Below, in pieces: positions 1 through 10,151 of a DNA stretch of 42,844 nt. The position numbers and the translations under genes were made by a program. Source of the DNA: a virus. The first letter of the stretch is position 1, and each line of letters begins with the position of its first letter. The notes under the pieces are model-generated. The model was not told the origin of the DNA. It did not search any database and saw only the letters and a program-made list of their open reading frames with translations. The stretch is from UHGV virus genome UHGV-0158128; one strand, 5' to 3'.

Positions 1-17
1 TGAGGAGGACAAGGAAA

Positions 18-527
18 ATGACTAACATCCTACAAGTAAAGCTATTATCAGAAAACGCTAGAATGCCAGAACGAAATCATAAGACGGATGCAGGTTATGA
101 CATATTCTCAGCTGAAACTGTCGTACTCGAGCCACAAGAAAAGGCAGTGATTAAAACAGATGTAGCTGTGAGCATACCAGAGGGCTATGTCGGACTATTA
201 ACTAGCCGTAGTGGTGTAAGCAGTAAAACGCATTTAGTGATTGAAACAGGCAAGATAGACGCGGGATATCATGGTAATTTAGGGATTAACATCAAGAATG
301 ACGCTATTGCATCAAATGGTTATATTACACCAGGTGTTTTTGATATTAAAGGAGAAATCGATTTGAGTGACGCCATAAGACAATATGGAACTTATCAAAT
401 CAACGAAGGCGACAAACTAGCTCAATTGGTTATCGTGCCTATATGGACACCTGAACTAAAGCAAGTGGAGGAATTCGAAAGTGTTTCAGAACGTGGAGAA
501 AAAGGCTTCGGAAGTAGCGGAGTGTAA
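18..527 (+). CDS. dut: Trimeric dUTPase (phage Dut with extra motif-VI insertion; SaPI derepressor class)
   Basis: 169 aa with the conserved dUTPase motifs (AGYDI, RSG, GxIDxGYxG, FGSSG C-term). Size and sequence match staphylococcal phage Dut. RBS GAGGAGG upstream. Confidence 0.9.
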   Translation: MTNILQVKLLSENARMPERNHKTDAGYDIFSAETVVLEPQEKAVIKTDVAVSIPEGYVGLLTSRSGVSSKTHLVIETGKIDAGYHGNLGINIKNDAIASNGYITPGVFDIKGEIDLSDAIRQYGTYQINEGDKLAQLVIVPIWTPELKQVEEFESVSERGEKGFGSSGV

Positions 528-563
528 AGACATCTTAGATCGAGTCAAGGAGGTTTTGGGGAA

Positions 564-809
564 GTGAGTTACATCATTACATTAGTTCTAATACTTGTAT
601 TCATAGTAATATTTAACAATTTACTCAACAGATATATGGTTTTGTACAAAGAATTAGATTTATTTACATGCAGAATTGGAATGTTATTAGTCTTAATCGT
701 TATAGTAGATTTTGCAAAACAACAAAATATGTTAGCTACATTGAGTGTTTTACTAATACTTTTATTCGTAGAAAAACTTAGAATCATTCAAAGGAGTGAT
801 AAGAAGTGA
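564..809 (+). CDS. Small hydrophobic membrane protein (GTG start)
   Basis: 81 aa, almost entirely hydrophobic. AAGGAGG RBS 10 nt upstream of GTG. The antisense ORF 569..787 is judged a shadow. Confidence 0.4.
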   Translation: MSYIITLVLILVFIVIFNNLLNRYMVLYKELDLFTCRIGMLLVLIVIVDFAKQQNMLATLSVLLILLFVEKLRIIQRSDKK

Positions 810-1042
810 CGCAATACTTAGTCACAACATTCAAAGATTCAACAGGACGTAAACATACACACATAACTCGAGCTAAAAGCAATCAAAGGTTTACAGTTGT
901 TGAGGCAGAGAGTAAAGAAGAAGCGAAAGAGAAATATGAGTCACAAAATACACCTATTGTTTACTACACTAATAATTCTAAAGTGACCTTATTCGAAAGA
1001 CCTAGTGAAGAAGTATTAGGTTCTTTGTTCGAAAAGAAATAA
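806..1042 (+). CDS. Hypothetical small protein
   Basis: 78 aa ORF with a GTG start overlapping the previous stop. AAAGGAGTG RBS. Confidence 0.4.
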   Translation: MTQYLVTTFKDSTGRKHTHITRAKSNQRFTVVEAESKEEAKEKYESQNTPIVYYTNNSKVTLFERPSEEVLGSLFEKK

Positions 1043-1066
1043 AATCATTAAAGAGGGGAGATAATA

Positions 1067-1303
1067 ATGTTTAATACACCTAAAATGAAATTACCAGAAA
1101 AGCACACCGAGGTATTTAAGACGTATAAAAATGGAACGCCAGAAGAAAAAGCTGAGATTGAAGGCTGTTTTATTAAAACTGTTAAAGATGAAGATAGTGA
1201 ATTTTACAGCCCTATGTTAGCCAGTCTAAATGAACAACAGTTAAAGAGTATGTTGAGACAGGTACTTTTTTTGATTGATACAGGAGATGACAATGATGAT
1301 TAA
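1067..1303 (+). CDS. Hypothetical small protein
   Basis: 78 aa with a strong RBS (AGAGGGGAG). Confidence 0.5.
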   Translation: MFNTPKMKLPEKHTEVFKTYKNGTPEEKAEIEGCFIKTVKDEDSEFYSPMLASLNEQQLKSMLRQVLFLIDTGDDNDD

Positions 1304-1679
1304 AAAACTTAAAAATATGGATTGGTTCGATATCTTTATTGTTGGAATACTGCGATTATTCGGCGTAATCGCACTGATGCTTGTTGTCATATCGCCTATC
1401 TATACAGTGGCTAGTTACCAAAACAAAGAAGTACATCAAGGGACAATTACAGATAAATATAACAAGAGACAAGATAAAGAAGACAAGTTCTATATTGTGT
1501 TAGACAACAAGCAAGTCATCGAAAACTCTGACTTACTATTCAAAAAGAAATTTGATAGCGCAGACATACAAGCTAGGTTAAAAGTAGGCGACAAAGTAGA
1601 AGTTAAAACGATTGGTTATAGAATACACTTTTTAAATTTATATCCGGTCTTATACGAAGTAAAGAAGGTAGATAAATAA
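1293..1679 (+). CDS. Hypothetical membrane-anchored protein
   Basis: The ORF track runs from 1275. CAGGAG RBS favours ATG 1293/1296. N-terminal TM helix. Confidence 0.45.
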   Translation: MMIKKLKNMDWFDIFIVGILRLFGVIALMLVVISPIYTVASYQNKEVHQGTITDKYNKRQDKEDKFYIVLDNKQVIENSDLLFKKKFDSADIQARLKVGDKVEVKTIGYRIHFLNLYPVLYEVKKVDK

Positions 1680-1852
1680 TGATTAAACAAATATTAAGAC
1701 TATTATTCTTACTAGCGATGTATGAGCTAGGTAAGTATGTAACTGAGAAAGTATATATTATGACGACGGCTAATGATGATGTAGAGGCGCCGAGTGACTT
1801 CGCAAAGTTGAGCGATCAGTCTGATTTGATGAGGGCGGAGGTGTCAGAGTAG
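1679..1852 (+). CDS. Small protein immediately upstream of rinA, possible RinB-like
   Basis: 57 aa ORF (MIKQILRLLFLL...) read directly from the sequence; below the ORF-track cutoff. Its position upstream of rinA matches the rinB location in phi11-like phages. The RinB identity is from memory only. Confidence 0.35.
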   Translation: MIKQILRLLFLLAMYELGKYVTEKVYIMTTANDDVEAPSDFAKLSDQSDLMRAEVSE

Positions 1853-1999
1853 ATGATGTGGTTAGTCATAGCAATTATATTACTAGTCATCTTATTGTTT
1901 GGTGTGATGTTGCAAGCTGAACAGTTAAAAGGCGATGTGAAAGTTAAAGAGCGGGAGATAGAGATATTAAGAAGTAGATTGAGACATTTTGAAGATTAA
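1853..1999 (+). CDS. Small TM/coiled-coil peptide (48 aa)
   Basis: ATG overlaps the previous stop (tagATGATG). Hydrophobic N-terminus. Confidence 0.3.
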   Translation: MMWLVIAIILLVILLFGVMLQAEQLKGDVKVKEREIEILRSRLRHFED

Positions 2000-2022
2000 A
2001 AATATTTGTATGGAGGGTATTC

Positions 2023-2445
2023 ATGACTAAAAAGAAATATGGATTAAAATTATCAACAGTTCGAAAGTTAGAAGATGAGTTGTGTGATTATCCTAATTAT
2101 CATAAGCAACTCGAAGATTTAAGAAGTGAAATAATGACACCATGGATTCCAACAGATACAAATATAGGCGGGGAGTTTGTACCGTCTAATACATCGAAAA
2201 CAGAAATGGCAGTAACTAATTATCTTTGTAGTATACGAAGAGGTAAAATCCTTGAGTTTAAGAGCGCTATTGAACGTATAATCAACACATCAAGCAGGAA
2301 AGAACGCGAATTCATTCAAGAGTATTATTTTAATAAAAAGGAATTAGTGAAAGTTTGTGTTGACATACACATTTCTGATAGAACTGCTCATAGAATCAAA
2401 AGAAAAATCATATCTAGATTGGCGGAAGAGTTAGGGGAAGACTGA
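2023..2445 (+). CDS. rinA: RinA late-gene transcriptional activator
   Basis: 140 aa. Sits immediately upstream of terS, as in phi11/80alpha. Sequence recognised as RinA family. Confidence 0.85.
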   Translation: MTKKKYGLKLSTVRKLEDELCDYPNYHKQLEDLRSEIMTPWIPTDTNIGGEFVPSNTSKTEMAVTNYLCSIRRGKILEFKSAIERIINTSSRKEREFIQEYYFNKKELVKVCVDIHISDRTAHRIKRKIISRLAEELGED

Positions 2446-2631
2446 AATTGGCAGTAAAGTGGCAGTTTTTGATACCTTAAATGAGATATTATGATAGTGT
2501 AGGATATTGACTATCGTACTGCGTTTCCCTTATCGCAATTAGGAATAAAGGGTCTATGTGGGTTGGCTGATTATAGCCAATCCTTTTTTAATTTTAAAAA
2601 GCGTATAGCGCGAGAGTTGGTGGTAAATGAA
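2446..2631 (+). promoter_or_regulatory. Late-operon (RinA-dependent) promoter region with inverted repeat GATAGT-N11-ACTATC
   Basis: A 186-bp non-coding gap between rinA and terS. TTGATA at 2469-2474 with a weak -10. Inverted repeat at 2493-2515. Confidence 0.45.
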
Positions 2632-3072
2632 ATGAACGAAAAACAAAAGAGATTCGCAGATGAATATATAATGAATGGATGTAATGGTAAAAAAGCAGCA
2701 ATTACAGCAGGTTATAGTAAGAAAACAGCAGAGTCTTTAGCAAGTCGATTGTTAAGAAATGTTAATGTTTCGGAATATATTAAAGAACGATTAGAACAGA
2801 TACAAGAAGAGCGTTTAATGAGTATTACAGAAGCTTTAGCGTTATCTGCTTCTATTGCTAGAGGAGAACCTCAAGAGGCTTACAGTAAGAAATATGACCA
2901 TTTAAACGATGAAGTGGAAAAAGAGGTTACTTACACAATCACACCAACTTTTGAAGAGCGTCAGAGATCTATTGACCACATACTAAAAGTACATGGTGCG
3001 TATATCGATAAAAAAGAAATTACTCAGAAGAATATTGAGATTAATATTGGTGAGTACGATGACGAAAGTTAA
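2632..3072 (+). CDS. terS: Terminase small subunit
   Basis: The ORF track starts at 2563, but internal ATG 2632 with a GGTGG RBS gives the 146 aa typical of 80alpha/phi11 TerS. HTH-like N-terminus. Confidence 0.85.
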   Translation: MNEKQKRFADEYIMNGCNGKKAAITAGYSKKTAESLASRLLRNVNVSEYIKERLEQIQEERLMSITEALALSASIARGEPQEAYSKKYDHLNDEVEKEVTYTITPTFEERQRSIDHILKVHGAYIDKKEITQKNIEINIGEYDDES

Positions 3073-4336
3073 ATTAAACTTTAACAAACCGTCTAATGTT
3101 TTCAATAGAAACATATTCGAAATACTAACCAATTACGATAACTTCACTGAAGTACATTACGGTGGAGGTTCGAGCGGTAAGTCTCACGGCGTTATACAAA
3201 AAGTTGTACTCAAAGCATTGCAAGATTGGAAATATCCTAGGCGTATACTGTGGCTTAGAAAAGTACAATCAACAATTAAAGATAGTTTGTTCGAAGATGT
3301 TAAAGATTGTTTGATAAACTTTGGTATTTGGGACATGTGCCTTTGGAATAAGACTGATAACAAAGTTGAATTGCCAAACGGCGCAGTTTTTTTGTTTAAA
3401 GGATTAGATAACCCAGAGAAAATAAAGTCGATAAAAGGCATATCAGACATAGTCATGGAAGAAGCGTCTGAATTCACACTAAATGATTACACGCAATTAA
3501 CGTTGCGTTTGAGGGAGCGTAAACACGTGAATAAGCAAATATTTTTGATGTTTAACCCAGTATCTAAACTGAATTGGGTTTATAAGTATTTCTTTGAACA
3601 TGGTGAACCAATGGAAAATGTCATGATTAGACAATCTAGTTATCGAGATAATAAGTTTCTTGATGAAATGACACGACAAAACTTAGAGTTGTTAGCAAAT
3701 CGTAATCCAGCATATTACAAAATTTATGCGTTAGGTGAATTTGCTACACTAGACAAATTGGTTTTCCCTAAGTATGAAAAACGTTTAATAAATAAAGATG
3801 AGTTAAGACATTTACCTTCTTATTTTGGATTGGACTTTGGCTACGTTAATGATCCTAGTGCTTTTATACATTCTAAAATAGATGTAAAGAAAAAGAAGTT
3901 ATACATCATTGAAGAGTATGTTAAACAAGGTATGCTGAATGATGAAATAGCTAATGTCATAAAGCAACTTGGTTATGCTAAAGAAGAAATTACAGCAGAT
4001 AGTGCAGAACAAAAAAGTATAGCTGAATTAAGGAATCTAGGGCTTAAAAGGATTTTACCAACCAAAAAAGGGAAGGGCTCGGTTGTACAAGGGTTACAAT
4101 TCTTAATGCAATTTGAAATCATTGTTGATGAACGTTGTTTCAAGACTATTGAAGAGTTTGACAACTACACATGGCAAAAGGACAAAGATACAGGTGAATA
4201 TACCAATGAACCAGTAGATACATACAATCATTGTATCGATTCGTTGCGTTATTCAGTGGAACGATTCTACAGACCGGTTAGAAAACGCACAAATCTCAGT
4301 TCGAAAGTTGACACAATAAAATCTCTAGGATTATAG
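3059..4336 (+). CDS. terL: Terminase large subunit (PBSX/Terminase_3-like)
   Basis: Start MTKVKLNF overlaps the terS end. Walker A-like GGGSSGKSHG and nuclease C-terminal acidic residues. Confidence 0.85.
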   Translation: MTKVKLNFNKPSNVFNRNIFEILTNYDNFTEVHYGGGSSGKSHGVIQKVVLKALQDWKYPRRILWLRKVQSTIKDSLFEDVKDCLINFGIWDMCLWNKTDNKVELPNGAVFLFKGLDNPEKIKSIKGISDIVMEEASEFTLNDYTQLTLRLRERKHVNKQIFLMFNPVSKLNWVYKYFFEHGEPMENVMIRQSSYRDNKFLDEMTRQNLELLANRNPAYYKIYALGEFATLDKLVFPKYEKRLINKDELRHLPSYFGLDFGYVNDPSAFIHSKIDVKKKKLYIIEEYVKQGMLNDEIANVIKQLGYAKEEITADSAEQKSIAELRNLGLKRILPTKKGKGSVVQGLQFLMQFEIIVDERCFKTIEEFDNYTWQKDKDTGEYTNEPVDTYNHCIDSLRYSVERFYRPVRKRTNLSSKVDTIKSLGL

Positions 4337-4346
4337 GAGGGAACAA

Positions 4347-5882
4347 ATGTTAAAAGTAAACGAATTTGAAACAGATACAGATCTACGGGGAAACATAAAT
4401 TACTTATTTAATGATGAAGCCAATGTTGTTTACACATATGACGGGACGGAATCCGATTTATTACAAAACGTTAATGAAGTAAGTAAATACATTGAACATC
4501 ACATGGATTACCAACGACCTAGATTGAAAGTGTTAAGTGATTATTACGAAGGTAAAACTAAGAACTTAGTTGAGTTAACACGACGCAAAGAAGAGTACAT
4601 GGCAGATAACCGTGTAGCGCATGATTACGCATCTTATATTAGCGATTTTATCAACGGCTATTTCTTGGGTAATCCAATTCAATATCAAGATGATGACAAA
4701 GATGTATTAGAAGCTATTGAGGCGTTCAATGATTTAAATGATGTTGAGTCACACAATAGATCTTTAGGATTAGATTTGTCAATTTATGGCAAAGCTTATG
4801 AGTTAATGATTAGAAACCAAGATGATGAAACGCGTTTATACAAGAGTGATGCAATGAGTACTTTTGTCATATACGACAATACAATTGAACGTAATAGTAT
4901 CGCGGGCGTTAGATATTTAAGAACTAAACCAATAGACAAGACTGACGAAGATGGAGTGTTTACAGTTGATTTATTCACTTCACACGGTGTTTATAGATAT
5001 CTTACCAGTAGAACAAATGGATTGAAGCTCACACCACGTGAAAACGGTTTTGAATCACACTCTTTCGAACGTATGCCTATTACAGAATTTAGCAACAACG
5101 AAAGAAGAAAAGGGGATTATGAGAAAGTAATCACTTTAATTGATTTGTATGATAATGCTGAATCAGATACTGCTAACTATATGAGTGATTTAAATGACGC
5201 TATGTTACTTATTAAAGGTAATTTAAATTTAGATCCTGTAGAAGTTAGAAAACAAAAGGAAGCTAACGTGTTGTTTTTAGAACCGACTGTTTATGCTGAT
5301 AGCGAAGGTAGAGAAACAGAAGGCTCTGTTGATGGTGGTTATATTTATAAGCAATACGATGTACAAGGTACCGAAGCTTATAAAGACCGTTTAAACAGTG
5401 ATATACACATGTTTACCAACACGCCTAACATGAAAGATGATAACTTTAGCGGCACTCAATCGGGCGAGGCAATGAAATACAAATTATTTGGATTGGAACA
5501 ACGTACTAAAACTAAAGAAGGATTGTTTACTAAAGGGTTAAGACGTCGTGCTAAGTTGTTAGAGACAATACTTAAAAATACATGGTCGATTGACGCTAAC
5601 AAAGATTTCAATACTGTTAGATACGTATACAACAGAAACTTACCTAAATCATTGATTGAAGAATTAAAAGCTTATATTGATTCTGGTGGGAAGATTAGCC
5701 AAACAACTTTAATGTCTCTATTCTCGTTCTTCCAAGACCCTGAATTAGAAGTTAAGAAAATCGAAGAAGATGAGAAAGAATCTATTAAAAAAGCTCAAAA
5801 AGGTATTTATAAAGACCCTAGAGACATCAATGATGACGAACAAGATGATGATACAAAAGATACTGTTGATAAAAAGGAATGA
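4347..5882 (+). CDS. Portal protein
   Basis: 511 aa, immediately after terL. SPP1-type portal size. Acidic C-terminus. Confidence 0.8.
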   Translation: MLKVNEFETDTDLRGNINYLFNDEANVVYTYDGTESDLLQNVNEVSKYIEHHMDYQRPRLKVLSDYYEGKTKNLVELTRRKEEYMADNRVAHDYASYISDFINGYFLGNPIQYQDDDKDVLEAIEAFNDLNDVESHNRSLGLDLSIYGKAYELMIRNQDDETRLYKSDAMSTFVIYDNTIERNSIAGVRYLRTKPIDKTDEDGVFTVDLFTSHGVYRYLTSRTNGLKLTPRENGFESHSFERMPITEFSNNERRKGDYEKVITLIDLYDNAESDTANYMSDLNDAMLLIKGNLNLDPVEVRKQKEANVLFLEPTVYADSEGRETEGSVDGGYIYKQYDVQGTEAYKDRLNSDIHMFTNTPNMKDDNFSGTQSGEAMKYKLFGLEQRTKTKEGLFTKGLRRRAKLLETILKNTWSIDANKDFNTVRYVYNRNLPKSLIEELKAYIDSGGKISQTTLMSLFSFFQDPELEVKKIEEDEKESIKKAQKGIYKDPRDINDDEQDDDTKDTVDKKE

Positions 5883-5888
5883 TTGTAA

Positions 5889-6884
5889 TTGCCTAACAAA
5901 AACACTCAAGAATATTGGGAAGAACGCGGACGCAAAGCAATCGAGAATGAGTTGAAGCGTGATAAAACTAAAGCTGAAGAAATAGAACGTATATTGAATA
6001 TGATGATTAAGCGCATTGAAAAAGAGATCAATGCGTTTATTGTCAAGTACGGAGATTTTGCAGGCGTTACATTACAAGAAGCACAAAAGATTATTGATGA
6101 GTTCGATGTAAAAGCGTTTCAAGAAGAAGCAAAAAGATTGGTCGAAAACAAGGAGTTTAGCGATAGAGCAAATGAAGAATTAAAGAAGTATAACACGAAA
6201 ATGTATGTATCTAGAGAACAGATGTTAAAGATTCAAATAGAATTCTTAATTGCTTATGCAACAGCTCAAACAGAATTATCGATGAGGGAATATTTCGAAT
6301 CAACAGCTTATCGTGTGTTCAGTGATCAAGCGGGTATTTTAGGTGAAGGTGTACAAGTAGCTAAAGAAGTTATAGATACAATCGTTGATACACAATTTCA
6401 TGGTGTCGTTTGGTCAGAGCGATTATGGACTAATACCGAAGCAATGAAACAAGAAGTAGAAGAAATAATTGCTAATGTAGTTATTAGAGGTCGACATCCT
6501 AATGAATATGTTAAAGATATGCGCAAGCACTTAAATAAATTCGAAGGCACAGCACGACAAAAGACCGCAGCAATTAAATCATTGCTTTATACGGAATCGG
6601 CACGTGTTCACGCACAATCAAGCATTGACAGCATGAAAGAAATTTCACCGGAAGGATATTATATGTATATTGCAAAAATCGATAATAGAACAACTAAAGT
6701 ATGCAAAGGGCTTAATGGAGAAATATTCAAAGTTAAAGACGCTAAAATTGGTGTTAATTTCTATCCTATGCATATCAATTGTCGTTCAGATTGCGCTTTA
6801 CTACCTAAATCTATGTGGCCGAAAAAACCAAGCAAGAAACGAAAAACAAAATACTTCGGAGGGAAAGTGAAAAGCGGTGATTGA
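5889..6884 (+). CDS. Minor head / head morphogenesis protein (SPP1 gp7 family)
   Basis: 331 aa in the conserved position after the portal. Confidence 0.65.
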   Translation: MPNKNTQEYWEERGRKAIENELKRDKTKAEEIERILNMMIKRIEKEINAFIVKYGDFAGVTLQEAQKIIDEFDVKAFQEEAKRLVENKEFSDRANEELKKYNTKMYVSREQMLKIQIEFLIAYATAQTELSMREYFESTAYRVFSDQAGILGEGVQVAKEVIDTIVDTQFHGVVWSERLWTNTEAMKQEVEEIIANVVIRGRHPNEYVKDMRKHLNKFEGTARQKTAAIKSLLYTESARVHAQSSIDSMKEISPEGYYMYIAKIDNRTTKVCKGLNGEIFKVKDAKIGVNFYPMHINCRSDCALLPKSMWPKKPSKKRKTKYFGGKVKSGD

Positions 6885-6956
6885 TTTAAAAGTGAAGTTT
6901 TTTAAAGGCAAGTTAGTTTTGTATGACAGTAAATTAAATGTTTGGAGGATACTAAT

Positions 6957-7127
6957 ATGAGTAATACTGACAAATACCTTAGAGACATAGCAAGAGAATT
7001 AAAAGGTATACGTAAAGAGTTACAAAAGCGAAACGAAACAGTTATTATTGATGCAAACTTAGACAGTTTAAGGTCGGCAGTATTAGCCGATAAAGAAAAA
7101 TCGAAATATAATGAACCTCTCTTTTAA
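6957..7127 (+). CDS. Small hypothetical protein (57 aa)
   Basis: GGAGG RBS 8 nt before ATG 6957. The track ORF begins at 6942. Confidence 0.4.
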   Translation: MSNTDKYLRDIARELKGIRKELQKRNETVIIDANLDSLRSAVLADKEKSKYNEPLF

Positions 7128-7160
7128 TAGCTAGCACTTAATTGTGTTGGCTATTTTTTA
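7128..7160 (+). terminator. Intrinsic terminator (10-bp stem with G-U pairs + T6)
   Basis: tagctagcac-ttaatt-gtgttggcta followed by tttttt. Confidence 0.4.
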
Positions 7161-7235
7161 TGTCCAAAACGTGCTGATGACATAAAAAGCACGCATGGAA
7201 AAACAGTCGACAGACTATAAATGGAGGTATATCTC

Positions 7236-7856
7236 ATGGAAGAAAATAAACTTAAGTTTAATTTGCAATTTTTTGCAGACCAATCAGATGATCCGGACGA
7301 ACCAGGCGGAGATGGTAAAAAAGGAAATCCTGATAAGAAAGAAAATGACGAAGGTACTGAAATAACTTTCACGCCAGAGCAACAAAAGAAAGTTGATGAA
7401 ATACTTGAACGTCGTGTAGCCCACGAAAAGAAAAAAGCTGATGAGTATGCAAAAGAAAAAGCAGCAGAAGCTGCTAAAGAAGCTGCTAAATTAGCGAAAA
7501 TGAACAAGGATCAAAAAGATGAATATGAACGCGAACAAATGGAAAAAGAACTGGAACAATTACGTTCAGAAAAACAATTAAACGAAATGCGTTCAGAAGC
7601 ACGAAAAATGTTGAGTGAAGCGGAAGTTGATTCATCAGATGAGGTTGTCAATTTAGTTGTAACAGATACTGCTGAACAAACTAAATTGAATGTTGAAGCT
7701 TTTTCTAATGCAGTAAAAAAAGCGGTTAATGAAGCGGTTAAGGTTAACGCTAGACAATCGCCATTGACTGGTGGAGATTCATTTAATCACTCGACTAAAA
7801 ATAAACCGCAAAACTTAGCTGAAATAGCTAGACAAAAAAGAATTATTAAAAATTAA
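7236..7856 (+). CDS. Scaffolding protein
   Basis: 206 aa from ATG 7236 (GGAGG RBS). N-terminal KLKFNLQFFAD processing motif shared with the capsid protein. Highly charged coiled-coil. Confidence 0.8.
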   Translation: MEENKLKFNLQFFADQSDDPDEPGGDGKKGNPDKKENDEGTEITFTPEQQKKVDEILERRVAHEKKKADEYAKEKAAEAAKEAAKLAKMNKDQKDEYEREQMEKELEQLRSEKQLNEMRSEARKMLSEAEVDSSDEVVNLVVTDTAEQTKLNVEAFSNAVKKAVNEAVKVNARQSPLTGGDSFNHSTKNKPQNLAEIARQKRIIKN

Positions 7857-7869
7857 CGGAGGCATTTAA

Positions 7870-8844
7870 ATGGAACAAACACAAAAATTAAAATTAAATT
7901 TGCAACATTTTGCAAGTAACAATGTTAAACCACAAGTATTTAACCCTGACAATGTAATGATGCATGAAAAGAAAGATGGCACGTTGTTAAACGACTTTAC
8001 AACACCTATCTTACAAGAGGTTATGGAAAACTCTAAAATCATGCAATTAGGTAAGTACGAACCAATGGAAGGTACTGAGAAGAAGTTTACTTTTTGGGCT
8101 GATAAACCAGGTGCTTACTGGGTAGGTGAAGGTCAAAAAATCGAAACGTCTAAGGCTACTTGGGTTAATGCTACAATGAGAGCGTTTAAATTAGGGGTTA
8201 TCTTACCAGTAACAAAAGAATTCTTGAATTACACTTATTCACAATTCTTTGAAGAAATGAAACCTATGATTGCTGAAGCTTTCTATAAAAAGTTTGACGA
8301 GGCAGGTATTTTGAATCAAGGTAACAATCCGTTCGGTAAATCAATTGCACAATCAATTGAAAAAACTAATAAGGTTATTAAAGGTGACTTCACACAAGAT
8401 AACATTATTGATTTAGAGGCATTGCTTGAAGATGACGAATTAGAAGCAAATGCATTTATCTCAAAAACACAAAACAGAAGCTTGTTACGTAAAATTGTAG
8501 ATCCTGAAACGAAAGAACGTATTTATGACCGTAACAGTGATTCGTTAGACGGTCTACCTGTGGTTAACCTTAAATCAAGCAACTTAAAACGTGGTGAATT
8601 AATCACTGGTGACTTCGACAAATTGATTTATGGTATCCCTCAATTAATCGAATACAAAATCGATGAAACTGCACAATTATCTACAGTTAAAAACGAAGAT
8701 GGCACACCTGTAAACTTGTTTGAACAAGACATGGTGGCATTACGTGCAACTATGCATGTAGCATTGCATATTGCTGATGATAAAGCGTTTGCTAAGTTAG
8801 TTCCTGCTGACAAAAGAACAGATTCAGTTCCAGGAGAAGTTTAA
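7870..8844 (+). CDS. Major capsid protein (HK97 fold)
   Basis: 324 aa. N-terminal [11 protein letters not shown] motif. Sits in the canonical position. Confidence 0.85.
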   Translation: MEQTQKLKLNLQHFASNNVKPQVFNPDNVMMHEKKDGTLLNDFTTPILQEVMENSKIMQLGKYEPMEGTEKKFTFWADKPGAYWVGEGQKIETSKATWVNATMRAFKLGVILPVTKEFLNYTYSQFFEEMKPMIAEAFYKKFDEAGILNQGNNPFGKSIAQSIEKTNKVIKGDFTQDNIIDLEALLEDDELEANAFISKTQNRSLLRKIVDPETKERIYDRNSDSLDGLPVVNLKSSNLKRGELITGDFDKLIYGIPQLIEYKIDETAQLSTVKNEDGTPVNLFEQDMVALRATMHVALHIADDKAFAKLVPADKRTDSVPGEV

Positions 8845-8865
8845 TAAATAATTAGGAGTGGTAAC

Positions 8866-9153
8866 ATGCCCGAAATCATTGGAATTGTTAAAGTAGATTT
8901 TACAGATTTAGAAGATAACAGACATGTCTATATGAAAGGGCATGTCTACCCTCGTAAAGGTTATAATCCTACAGATGAACGTATCAAAGCTTTAGCTAGT
9001 GTTGAAAATAAACGCAACAAACAAATGATTTACATTGTAAATGACAAATTAACCAAAAAAGAACTTGTCGAAATAGCAAGTGTTGCTGGCTTACAAGTTG
9101 ATGAAAAACAAACAAAAGCTGAAATTATCAATGCTTTTGAGTCACTAGAGTAG
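8866..9153 (+). CDS. Hypothetical head-associated protein
   Basis: 95 aa ORF with RBS AGGAGTGG. Confidence 0.5.
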   Translation: MPEIIGIVKVDFTDLEDNRHVYMKGHVYPRKGYNPTDERIKALASVENKRNKQMIYIVNDKLTKKELVEIASVAGLQVDEKQTKAEIINAFESLE

Positions 9154-9161
9154 GTGGTTAT

Positions 9162-9494
9162 ATGACTACGCTAGCTGATGTAAAAAAACGTATTGGTCTT
9201 AAAGATGAAAAGCAAGATGAACAATTAGAAGAAATCATAAAAAGTTGTGAAAGCCAGTTGTTATCAATGTTACCTATTGAAGTTGAACAAATACCGGAAA
9301 GGTTTAGTTACATGATTAAAGAAGTTGCAGTTAAACGCTACAACAGGATTGGTGCTGAAGGTATGACATCAGAAGCGGTTGACGGACGTAGCAATGCGTA
9401 TGAATTGAACGATTTCAAGGAGTATGAAGCTATTATTGATAATTACTTTAATGCTAGAACGAGAACTAAAAAAGGAAGGGCTGTGTTCTTTTGA
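9162..9494 (+). CDS. Head-tail connector (gp6-like)
   Basis: 110 aa, synteny. Confidence 0.55.
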   Translation: MTTLADVKKRIGLKDEKQDEQLEEIIKSCESQLLSMLPIEVEQIPERFSYMIKEVAVKRYNRIGAEGMTSEAVDGRSNAYELNDFKEYEAIIDNYFNARTRTKKGRAVFF

Positions 9495-9793
9495 GATATG
9501 AAGATAGAGTTATTTTTCAATTAGAACAAGTAGCAACTTACAATCCTAAAACTAGCAAAAAAGAAAACACACTAATCACTTATGATGCGATACCATGCAA
9601 TATTAACCCCATTTCTAGAGCAAGAAAGCAACTTGAATTTGGTGATGTAAAAAACGATGTAAGTGTTCTGAGGATAAAAGAATCAATATCTTACCCTGTT
9701 AGCCACGTGTTGGTTAATGGCATTCGCTACAAGATAGTTGATACAAGGATATACAGACACGAAACGTCATATTATATCGAAGAGGTCAATTGA
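9491..9793 (+). CDS. Head closure / head-tail adaptor
   Basis: 100 aa, overlapping stop-start, synteny. Confidence 0.5.
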
Positions 9794-10140
9794 TGAATAT
9801 AGATGGATTAGACGCACTGTTAAACCAATTTCACGATATGAAAACCAACATTGATGATGATGTAGATGATATTTTACAGGAAAACGCCAAAGAATATGTA
9901 GTACGAGCTAAATTGAAAGCTAGAGAAGTAATGAATAAGGGTTATTGGACTGGTAATTTATCACGCAATATCAGATATAAAAAAACTGGCGATTTGCAAT
10001 ACACTATCACATCGCATGCAGCTTATAGTGGTTTCTTAGAATTTGGTACTCGATACATGGAGGCTGAACCTTTTATGTGGCCGGTATACGAAGTGATTAG
10101 GAAATCAACTGTAGAAGAATTGAAAGCGTTGTTTGAATAG
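9790..10140 (+). CDS. Tail-component protein (HK97 gp10-like)
   Basis: 116 aa, overlapping start, synteny. Confidence 0.5.
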
Positions 10141-10151
10141 GAGATAAAAGC

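Noticed and set aside
569-787. Minus-strand 72-aa ORF antisense to the 564..809 membrane-protein gene
   Set aside because: No RBS. It fully overlaps a plus-strand ORF that has an AAGGAGG RBS and is co-oriented with the operon.
3184-4978. Minus-strand ORFs inside terL and portal (3184..3477, 3497..3679, 3973..4164, 4796..4978)
   Set aside because: Shadows within strongly supported essential genes. No translation signals.
7151-7507. Minus-strand 118-aa Ser/Phe-rich ORF overlapping the scaffold gene start
   Set aside because: Low-complexity antisense reading of the Lys/Glu-rich scaffold coding sequence. No RBS.
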